Origin: Guillardia theta CCMP2712
Taxonomy: Eukaryota; Protista; Cryptophyta
DNA: 64,000 bases
Direction of reading: 5' to 3'
NCBI RefSeq assembly: GCF_000315625.1
Contig: NW_005434630.1
Location: 372,001-436,000 of the forward strand
This document shows positions 1-10,489 of this stretch, piece after piece (position 1 is the stretch's first letter; each line of letters begins with the position of its first letter). The notes beneath the pieces are model-generated. The model was not told where the DNA came from. It saw only the letters and a program-made list of their open reading frames with translations, and ran no database searches. A program made the translations under genes and the position numbers.

Positions 1-380
1 CTACCCCCACCCCCGCTATACATGGGTCACAGGAAGTAGGGAGAGAGGGGTCATCTTGCTATGTTTAAGGGGGGTCATAGGTGTCTGTAGGATGGGTGGC
101 TTTCAAGAGTATGAGGGCGATGAAGGCACTGACGATGATGAAGCGTCGAGAAGCATCATGGGCCTGAGAACGAGAAAGTAAGGAGGACAAGGACGAGGAC
201 GAGGAGCAGGACGAGGACGAGGATCAGGACGAGAGGAAAGGAGGTCAGGAGTGACAGCAAAACAGGAACAGGAACGAGAGAAGAGGCAACGAGAGGGCTG
301 AGGAGGGGGAACCGGGGTGACTCACGGGGACTCGATCTCCCTGTCCCTGTGAGTTCGTAACAAGGGTCTCCACTGCTCAC

Positions 381-1981
381 ATGAGGATGCGATGGCTCAG
401 TGGAGCGACGTTGGGTGCCTGCACCATTGTTTGCCTATGGATGCTGTGCGAACGACCGGGACATGTTGCACTGCTCTCTTCAGCGTCGCAGAAGCTTCAA
501 CCATCGGGTTCTGGCATTCACATCAAGGGCCTTGCAGAGGAGCAGGAGAAGCTGAGGCTGAAGAGGATGCATGCGCTGCACCCTGGAGCGAGTGCTCTGC
601 ATGACTTCGAGCACTCACTCGAGGCCCGGTCCGGGTCTCATCGCCCTGCCCGACCTTCTTCGTGGAGGGTCAGGCACATGCAGGCAGCGCTGAAGCGACT
701 GCAAGCGAAGGGGAGGGACGAAGAGGCGAGGATGGCGAGCATGCGGAAAGAGATAGCGCAGGACAGGGAGGACTACCATGAAGCACGGCAGCTGCTGCGA
801 CGAGGGATGAAGGACAGGAAGTTGGCAGAGTCGGAGCGGGAGCGGGCGCACACTTTGATCAAGGAGGCGAAGAAGGAGAAGGGGGAGCTGGAGCAGAAGA
901 AGCTTGCAGACAAGCAGCTGCGGAGAGAAGTTCAGGATAGAGTGCAGAGTCTGAGGATAGCACGGGATGACGACCTTGAGGAGCAGAAGCGCAACCAGGT
1001 GGTGATGGACACCGTCTACTCCATCCAACAGCAGGCGAACGCCGAGAGATCGGAGGCAATGACGTTGCGATCTGACGCCCTGAACTCGCTGGCCGAAGCT
1101 CGAAGGTATGCCCGCGAGGCAAAGAACATGCGGAAGCTAGCTAGGAGCATGGAGAACACAGCCAAACTGGACGGACAGGCTGAGAGCGTCTCCCAGGAGG
1201 CGGAGGCTTCGTCATCGGTCAGCAAGGTTTGGATCTCTTCCTCTGAGAGTCGTTCATAACATTCCTTCCAAGGCCCCGACAGGCAAGGCTTCTTCCTTGT
1301 CCAAGAAGGTGGAAGCAACTGTGTCAAGGTTGAGGAGGGAGGCTGCGAGGTGAGTCGGATGCTGTCAGGAGCGTCTCCCTGACCCCACTAAGGTATCGGC
1401 ACGAGGCCTCCCGGCTCATGATCAAGTCAGAGATGGTTGGCTCCAAGGCTCCGCGCGACCTGGCGGTGGCGAACAAAGTCCTCAAGACGGCCAAGTCGCT
1501 CTACGAGCATGCCGAGAGCGTACAGAATTCCTTGCGAAGTGCAGAGATCCTGCACCAGCAGACGGAGTACCAGCAGATGCCGCAGAGGCAGCAGGAGCTG
1601 GCGAGCAAGGAGGCGGCAGTGCAGCATCTGGCAGCGAACCTAAAGGGGGAGGAGCGGGTGGCAGATCATCTGCAGGAGCTGGTGAGTGGAAGGAGGGGAG
1701 CGCGTGATCCAAGCTTGACGGGCAAGGCAGCAAATTGAAGCCAAGGAGCTGTTCCACAAGGCCGCTGCCGACGTGAGATCGTCCGACCAGGAGGCACGGG
1801 AGGCGAAGATCTCCTTGAAGGCTGCGAGGACGAGTGAGATTGAGGTGAGCCCGATCCTGCACAAGTTGTTTGGCTCAAGGCTGTTGTACAGGACGAGGGA
1901 AGGTTGCAGGCCCTGGAACGAGCATGGAGGGTCTCGCAACAGCAGATGGCATCCCTGAACGATGCAGGACAAGCCAGATAG
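381..1981 (+). CDS. Multi-exon coiled-coil protein with N-terminal signal anchor (hypothetical)
   Basis: ORF 381-1259 has a hydrophobic N-terminus (LGACTIVCLWML) followed by E/K/R/A-rich heptads. It continues through short GT-AG introns (e.g. ~1228-1272, ~1845-1890) to ...LNDAGQAR* at 1979-1981. Confidence 0.65.
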
Positions 1982-2118
1982 ATAGAGGGGAGCGGGCTGT
2001 CTGGGAAAGAGGAGGAAGTCCAAGAAAGGGGAGGAAAGCGATGGCATGTCATCACCTCTGTAATGACACATAAAAGAATAAGAAAGAATGCAAGCCAAGC
2101 CCAGCTTGCTCCAGGTCG

Positions 2119-5100
2119 TTATCTATCCTTCTCCGCTCCTTTGCTGCTGCGGGCCCAATTCCAATCACTGCATCGCAGCTCGTTCTTCTCGCCTTCAAGC
2201 TTCGATTTCTCGTCATTGAGCTCCTTCACCCGAGCCTGCCATTCACCCTCGTCAGAACAGGCAGGGAAAAAGAAGTTTCATCTCACCTTGAGAATCCTGA
2301 CGACATCCCTCAGCTCCTCTTCTGTCAGCTCTGCCGGGTTGCAGTTCTCGGCTGCGTGCACCATGCGGCACTTCTGACATTCCTGCCCCTTGCCTTGCGG
2401 GTGTCCGCATGTCGCTGATGGCAGAAGAGTGTCGGGAGCATCTTTGAACGTAAATTTCTTGTGCTTCCTCTCCAGCTGTCGATCTTGAGAAATACGTCCG
2501 CGAGGGGATTTGGGTGAGTCTAGAGGAGCTGAGAAAATCCTCGTAATGCCCTCCTCGGCTGCTGGCTTGACTGCCTGGATGGAATTTGCACCATCGGCTC
2601 GCCCGTCCGTCTGAGTTTTGACAAGCTCGCTATGGGGTATAAACGATCTGCTGAAGCCTCCAGATTGGCCTGAGGTGCAATTCATCGGGGAGTTTGGCTG
2701 GGTCAGCGATCGCCCAGAAGGAGCCTTGGTTGAACAAGAGTAGTGTTCCAGTCCGCTGAGATCTGACGTCACATGCGAGACGATCTGAGCACTCTGGTTA
2801 GGCGGGAGGGAAAATAGCCCTCGCAATACCTTCGCTTGAGATGGATCACAATTTGCTGCACTAGCACTACTTGCTGCAGCTTCGGCACCCTGAGACTTCG
2901 CGTTTTCCGATTCCCCGTTGTGAAAACTCTCCGGCAGCGACTGGCTAGATCCAGGCTGATTGAACAGTGAGACTGACAGAGTCTAGCAGAGCAAAACACT
3001 TGCCTGCGAAGAGGTAGTCGAGCTCGAATTCGCTGATGAATCCTTGTTCCGATCCTCTTGAACGTCTACGATCAGGAAACGCTTCTTCCCATGCGATTTC
3101 CCTCCTTTTTCCCTGTCGCATGATGCATGACATGTCTCTGCACAGTCCTGAAGACGCAGATCAGGTCAGTCAACTCTCATCTAGGAATCGATTCACCTTG
3201 GAGAACGACATGCATTCTTCACTGTCTGTCATTGAGTGGGACCGTAGCCTCAAGCTCTTCTCGCTGACATTCTCTAGCGCAGAAGGATTCGAGTTCGTTG
3301 AATCCGCATTTTCCACATTATGGAAAGTGACTGAAACCCTTACTCCATCGTCATTTTCTGAAGCTAATTTGATCAATGCATCATTGCCGCTCTGGTTCGG
3401 AACAAGAGTAAAGCATCTAGCCGTTTTGGGCACCTCAACCTCAGCCTTGTTCGCAATCGAAAAGTTGCCATCTAGAGAGAGTTCTGGTGGCGAGACCCTT
3501 TCCTGTTGGGTGCTGACCCTCATCGGTGATCTACAGCAAAAGGCGTTGTCAGCGAGACATGCTACTTTGGCAAGTAATCTACCTGGGAGATAGAGGTTCT
3601 GAAAGAAGCTTCTCAAGCTCGGCCCACACGTTGTCATCAGCTACTACAAGTCGCATGGTCTGTCCATTGCCGTCGACTGCATCCAAACTTTGCTCCGCGC
3701 CATTATCTTGTGTGGCCTCACCGTTGCTCTTACTCTTGTCCATCGCGTCTAGGCAAGGTGAAAGCTGCAGCAACGTCAGATGAATTCTTGAAAGTCAAAC
3801 AAGGCTTTACTTGAGCATTCGCAGACCGCATCAGCGCAGGACTCATCGCTGTCCTCTTCACCTGGAAGGTGACGGAAGCTATCCTTCGTTCCGGAGATGG
3901 AGGGGCACGAGCATCGCCACCGCCACCGTCAGTGTTGGGAGAGTTTCCAGCTGGCATGGGAGACCCTTGCGCACTCAACAACTCCAAACACAAAGACCCA
4001 CTCCTGGAGCGAGGGGTATGCAGATCGACATTAAACTGAGCATCCTCAAGCTGCAGGCCGTTGCCATCCATCTTTATATTGTCGATGCAATCACAGGGTA
4101 CAATGCATATTTCACGAGCATAAACCTGCAAAAACTTCAACTTCATAAAACTAAGAAAGCAAGGATCTTGCCTCCTTCACTGTCGCAGTTGATGAGGGAA
4201 CAGCATCAGCATTTGGGGGAGTTGATCTCGCTTCACCAGTTCTTTGAATAGAGGGGTTGCAACCCTCGTCGGCATGATTGTCATGCACGGGGCATTCCTT
4301 GCTCTCGTTTTCTAGATCTGGACTTTCGAAGAAACTAATGGAAGGGCTCACAGAATTTGTGTATGAAGGTATCTGAGGCCTTTCCGCGTCGAGATTGTCG
4401 TTGGAATCACCCAGGAGATCACATACAGAAGGCACCGCGTCGGAAACTCGAGTGCTGCTTTCGGAATGCTCTGTTTGGAAATACAGCTCTTCAACAGACC
4501 TTTCAAGTTCATGATCAGACATGATATTGAGGCGCTCTACTTCATCGAAAGTCCATTCAAGATCTTCAGATTGCTGAGCAACCTCTGAACTTGACTGATT
4601 GGTGTCTACTGAAGAAGTCTCATTGATCACATCTGCGAAGTAATCTTGACCGGGTGCCTGAGCTATTTCGAAGTAAGAGTGATGAAGCAGCCTTGAAGCA
4701 GTTGCTCTATCAGCTGGGTCTGACTGCAGACAAGAGGAAACCAAATCTCTGACACTGGCCGGAAAGCGCTCGTCCAAGCGCGGAGGAGGTGCTTGCAAGA
4801 TGCACTTCAACACTTTCAAAGGTTTCATCCCACTGAATGGAGTACTGCCAGTGGATAATTCGAAGACCGTAATTCCAAGAGCCCAGATATCAGCCTTGAA
4901 ATCATACCCACTTTCTTGTTCGACAACCTCCGGTGCCAGCCAAGAAGGGGTTCCCACAAAAGTTCTCCGCATGTTCCTCTGAGCTTCTTGGGACATTCTG
5001 AATTCTGCCGCAGAGATCCGTACATGACCGCTAGAATCAATCAAAAGATTATCTGCCTTAATGTCTCTATGGAGCAAATCCTCGCCGTGAAGGTAAGCAA

Positions 5101-5494
5101 TCCCTTCGATCGCTTGTTGGAGAATGAACGACACAATTTCCTGTGAAAAACCGTCGTGGTATTTCGCACGCAACTGGTCACCACAGGATCCTCTGTTCAT
5201 GAAGTCAACCACAAGCCACAACTCAGAACCACAGGAGAACGTCGCAAGGAGGTGGATTATATTTTTGTGTGAACACTTTCGCATGATCGCAATTTCCTTT
5301 TGCAACACATCCAAGGCATCAGGTTTGTGATTGTTTTCAAGGTCGATAACTTTCAGGGCAACGTCCCGCTTTGATGTGGTTTCCTGGGCCCACCAGACCT
5401 GAATCCAAGAACTGCTGCTTTTCAGACGCTTTTCCTTCTTGTAACAGCTACCCGATGAGGGATAAACTTCTCCCATTGGGCCTTCCTTAGCCAT
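2119..5494 (-). CDS. STE20-family (OSR1/SPAK/BLUS1-like, GCK-VI) Ser/Thr kinase-like protein with long C-terminal tail, multi-exon
   Basis: Motifs VALKVIDLE, HRDIKADNLL, TFVGTPSWLAPEV and YDFKADIWALGIT. In-frame splicing via introns 4126-4171 (GC-AG), 3148-3196 and 2956-3003 (GC-AG) joins ORFs 4151-5494, 3730-4146, 3579-3773, 3170-3637 and 2278-2826. A terminal coiled coil ends ...AEKDR*. Confidence 0.85.
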
Positions 5495-6329
5495 GCAAGC
5501 AAGGCTGCAATCAAATCAAGACGGATACTTTCTTGTCCCTCTCTTTTCCTTCCGATCAATCAGAGGTATCACAGGTATGCCAGATTGACGCCATCCGAAT
5601 TCTTCTCAAGCTGTACTGAGGCCAGCGATGCAAGGGCACAAGAGGAAGGCATCACAGGCAATCCCAGTGGATCAGACAAATGTAAGTTACAATTAAATTC
5701 CATTTCTATAATACATCCAACCAGACGCACAACTCAAAGCCAACACCTGGAAAGTAGAAATGAGTTGAGACTAAAAAATGAGGTTATAGTCTCATTGCAC
5801 TAAACAACGAGGAACATGACAAGTTATCATGCTTAGCACAGGATAGGATCATCGCACACGTGCTCGCAAGTTCGCAGTCGAAGAACATGGTACAAATTAA
5901 TGGCTCGGATACATGCAAGTCATCAAGACAAGGAATCCATTAGCTCCTTCGTAGTACGGTAGTTTCCAATCATCATATTTACACAAGCCTAGATAAACAC
6001 AGATGAAAACACTGCGTGAGAAGATGCCACTGGTTTTGATTTAGAATAGAATCGTTTTGTTGTTCAGGGCGCATCAAAGTATATTGATGTGAGGTCATAT
6101 CAACAATCAAAAATCAACGAGAGCAAATTTTCAACAAAAATGGGAGTGCCTCAAATAGAAACGTCTGCTCTGGAGCATGAAAGAGGAGGGGAATCCTTTC
6201 GTCCTACAACATGGATATCATAGCAAGATCAATCGGCATCCAAGGGGACCGCGCAGTAGCAATGGCGCCGAGCTCGAGCTCTAAGCATATTGCGCAATCG
6301 ACATGGAAGGAATGTGGCAATGGGGTGGG

Positions 6330-7860
6330 AGCGTGTTTTCCTTGACGGTAGGGTCATCATTAGTCGTTATGGGTAGGGGTAGTCGATTTTTAAAAATTCA
6401 TCATTCATAGGGGTGGGGGTGATACAGAGGAACGGATTGTATGGTGGGTGTACTTCCACAATAGGTAGGGGTAGTTCATATATGGGAAACAAGGGGGTAA
6501 AATAAGAAAATTCGATAGGAAAAATAATGGCAAGAAGGTGGGTGGTGTAGAAGATGTTGTCCGAGTCTAGGTAGGTAGGTGCTTCCTTCATGAGATTCCA
6601 TGGGTGGGTGCTTCATCTAGACATACACCAGGTGGGGTGGAAGAGAAAATCGATGAATGGATTTATGATAGGTGGGGTAGATGAGGAAGACACAGGGTAG
6701 GGTTTGGAGAGGATACCCTGGGTGGTCTTTGATCGGATCGGGGGTAGAAACAATCTAATGAAAGCTCCGGGGTCCTATCTGCAGGGGGTGCCACCTCCAT
6801 TCTTAAGGACCGGTACATTCGCCTACAATTAGACCCGTGTTTCAACACCGGTTGTTCTTTCATCCAGTAAACTAGGGGGTACAGACCACCACCGGTGTTG
6901 GCCGTAAAGATTTCTTCAAACGAAGGGTCCTGGGAACCTGAGGCTGGTGAGTGTATGTAGTAGATAGGTGGGGTGGTCAAAACAAGGGGTGATCCCTTCT
7001 AGAGCCCTTCTTTGAACTTAGGGGGTGGTTGAGGTTTCATTGATTACACAAGTCGGGGGTACTGTAATTGCCCGGGTAGGACAGACCTGTGTCCAACAGG
7101 GTGGGGTGGTGTCGATGACTCAGAGGAGCCTGGGGTGGGTGAGGACCCTTAGCATTTAGTGAGTGATCTATGAAGAATGGGATGGTAGTGGTAGTAATTG
7201 CAACAAGGGGTACGTACGTTTTTCATTATTCAACCACCCTACCCACCTCCTTGACACGATTTGATGTCTCGTGTTGAAGTGGAGAAGGGGTAATGAGGGG
7301 TCATGATTTCCCTACACCCACCCACATACCAAAGTCTAGTGAGCACCTATACTACTACCCTACCCATTCCAGAGTATCTGCTACCCCTTCTCTATGAGGT
7401 GCCGAGGTCTTGATCCCGCTTGGCATGCTGCAATAACCCCACCCCTTCATCAATCACGGTGTAGGAAAACACCCGGTGGAGAACCCCACTACCCCTCATG
7501 TCCGCATTCATGCACCGGTGCTTCTCGGACGTATCCATCAGAATTTGAGAGCAGGACCCCTACTTTTCCCACATGCACGCACCTGTTGGGTCCTTTTGGC
7601 CCTCTCCAAAAAAATTCTGATTTCAAAATTGTTTTCCACCCCCACAAAGGGAATCCCGCCCCGAACATACCCTTCAAATATAGCCAAATTCTATATGGGT
7701 GGGGTAGTTTGATGAGGACGGGTTTATGTCAAGTTCACCCTGAAAATCTGTGCAAAAGAATGGAATCGGACGATGAATCGAAGGGGTGGGGTGGACAACC
7801 CCGTGGTAGGGTGAGGTAGGGGTTCCTGCTCACGAATAAAAGGGTGGGTCACTGAAAACA
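6330..7860. promoter_or_regulatory. Long GGGT/ACCC-rich intergenic patch (GGTAGGGGT motif class)
   Basis: Dense GGGTAGGGGT/GGGTGGG/ACCCC words and no credible ORF. Lies upstream of the kinase gene. Confidence 0.4.
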
Positions 7861-8003
7861 CATCCATTGAAGGGCAATGAAAAGTCGTAGAAAACTGATT
7901 GAATTCTACCCTCTAAATTTCATTTTTGAATTCGAAGTTTCTGAAACCCAAAAATGGTAGCCACACCCCCTTGTTCAGGCCATGACTAAAAATAAAACCG
8001 TGA

Positions 8004-8290
8004 GCGGCCGGACCCCGGCCCCGGGCCCGGGGCCCACCGGGGCGAGCGCCACTCAGTGACTGATGAGTACGGTAGGACGGCCACCGATCCGACTCAGATC
8101 GGACCGTCACGGGCCGCCGGTCCGCCGAGAGTCAACTGAGTGAACGGCGGCCCGGACCGTCTCGGCGCGGCCGGCGGTCACCGAGCCCGTGACTCGCCTC
8201 GGCGAGAGTCGGCCGCTGCGGGGCGCCCGGGCCGGATTGGACCCTGTAGTGCGGCCGGGTGCCGCCGCCGCAGGCCGCACTGCCACGGTT
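8004..8290. promoter_or_regulatory. GC-rich CCGG/GGCC island (dispersed element copy 1)
   Basis: Very GC-rich, with CACTCAGTGAC, GAGTCAACTG and GACTC words. Flanked by A/T-tract-rich DNA. Confidence 0.5.
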
Positions 8291-8418
8291 CTGGCACAAT
8301 GATTTAATTGAGGATTGACATCATTTAATTGAGTTTGAACTTTTCGGAAAATCAGTTTTCAAGTTTGGCAAAACTCAGCGAGAGAAAGCGGCCTACTACT
8401 CACTGTCAGGCTGAAATT

Positions 8419-9732
8419 TTAGGATATCACGCAGCATTTCTTGGAGCCTTCGACATGACTGTACCTGCACAGCACGATCATGGATAACCGGGCACCCGGA
8501 GCCGACATCGTCAGAGATTTCCAAGGAAAAAAACAAGCACAGTGACTGCGGCAAGTTCCCAAGTCGCTGAGCCGCGAGCCGCGGGGGAGCCTCACCAAAG
8601 AGCGATCGCGTGCTTCAGCTCGGTCCTTGTGATGCCACCAGACTTTGCCTGCAGCATGGTAAGTGCATGCACCAAGGACGGAGGGTCTTGGGCGGGGGCC
8701 CGGGGACCTGGGTGATGCCATCTGCATGTTTGAGAACCTCCTGCACCTGAGCATTCCTTCATGCGCTTGCTCGAGCTGGCAGAAAGAAGCCTTGGCTGCC
8801 ACCAACCTCGTTGTCTTCTGGTTCTTTCCCGTCGTTAAGCTCTAAGTGGCTCAAGGTTAGATGAAACAAGCTCGATGACTCTCAGATCTCGTCGCACCTT
8901 GCAGCAGAGCCTTGAGCTCATCGAACTGGAGGAAGGGTTAGCGAGCAGCGTTTTGAGGACTCGCATCCAACACCTCGAGCTGCCCGCTTTGATTCTTGTC
9001 GTACTTGTCAAAGATGCGCGCGATCTCCGGCTGCCCAAAGAATTTCACAGAGGTTCTTGTTGCTTTCTTGCAAACGCCTCAGCTCACTTTGGAGTTGAGG
9101 TAACGGTGCCAGATGTCTATCGCTGTCTCCAGCTGCACAAAACATGATAATGAGATCAGAGGTATAAAATAAGACGGTCGTTTGCCTCCTCCGGACCAAT
9201 GTGATCGTCAATCTTCTGCAGAAGACATCAACAACTTTCAATTGGTGTATCCTTTTCAAACCTTGTCAATCAAGTCCGCAGTCTTCAACACGTACACAAC
9301 CTCTTCTTCAGTGGGTTTTTCGCCACCGGCGAGGTCCTGATGCCATTGGTGATGTCTCTCCCATCCTTTTCCATGATTTTGCAGCATTGCGGCACCTGCA
9401 GCATATTCCCGAGCTCTTCTTTGTTCAGCTTGCCATCCTTGGACAAGTCGTACTTCCTGATGATCTGGGTTCCACGAACAAGTTCTTACATGCTCTCGGG
9501 GAATCAACCTGTGCATACCTTCGTGATCTTGTTTTGTTTCTCTAATTCTTCCCAAAACTGTTCATGTCTTCGTATCGCCTGCAAGATCAAATAGGGCCAA
9601 TCTCATTACATGAAAACCAAACAAGTCATCAGCACCTCCATCCTGTTCTCTCCCACGGTGGCGCTGAATCACGATCAAAACTTGAACATTACGAAAACCA
9701 TCTAGCTGACCTGGGACGATTCCTCCTGGCAT
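8419..9732 (-). CDS. Calmodulin-like EF-hand protein with C-terminal CaaX box, many short introns
   Basis: Spliced product MPGGIVP...IIRKYDLSKDGKLNKEEL...FDKYDKNQSGQLE|FDELKALL...SKKCCVIS*, with two canonical EF loops. Confidence 0.8.
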
Positions 9733-10489
9733 GTCGAACGGCCATAGCAGCTGCAGCCCTGTTCAAATCTTGAGAACTTCCGTTGCGCAGGACAAACCAG
9801 ACGGCAATTACATCGTTGGAAGTCTGTGAACAACCAGGGTCAAATGAATCGAAGTATGAAAGTGCTGTTGTCGTATTCATCTACCCAACTCTCTCTGCTC
9901 TTGTTCCCTCTCCTTCCTCCCTCTCTCCTTTACCACCCTTTCCTCTCACGCCCCGATCTTCCCCCATGCGACTCCTGGACCCACAAAAATGGACCAGAAA
10001 ACAATAAGATTAGCTAAAGCAATTTTTGGATGGTGACCACCAGCCTTGAAAAGCACCCTCGTTCACTTCGAATTGGTTTCGGCAAACGTAGGGTGGGTGG
10101 GGTCCTAGGGCGATAAGTTGGGAATAATGGGGGTGGTTTCAGCAATGTATCTGGGTAGGGGTGATTTTTCACTACCCCTCTAAAGAGAGGTTAATGTTGG
10201 AACGGTGATCATGGCCTCCCAAAAAAGTCACAATCGTTACTTAAGATGAATTTTAGTATCAATATAATATATTAATTAAATAATTTCATATCAATTAATG
10301 GGGTACAGATGGGCACTTGTTTCAACAAGATGAAATTTGAGAAGTAAAGTTGGAAAAGCGGTCAAAGAACAAGGACCCCCACCTACCCTCAATATCAACA
10401 AAAACCATCACCCCAAAGGTGGGGGTGAATTGAGGGTTATAGGTAGGGGTACAAGATAAGGGGTGGGCAAGGTGGTAGCGGCAGGCGCG

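Noticed and set aside
6367-8110. Short ORFs in the 6.3-8.1 kb intergenic region
   Set aside because: Composition is driven by GGGT/CCGG motifs, with no codon bias or homology cues.
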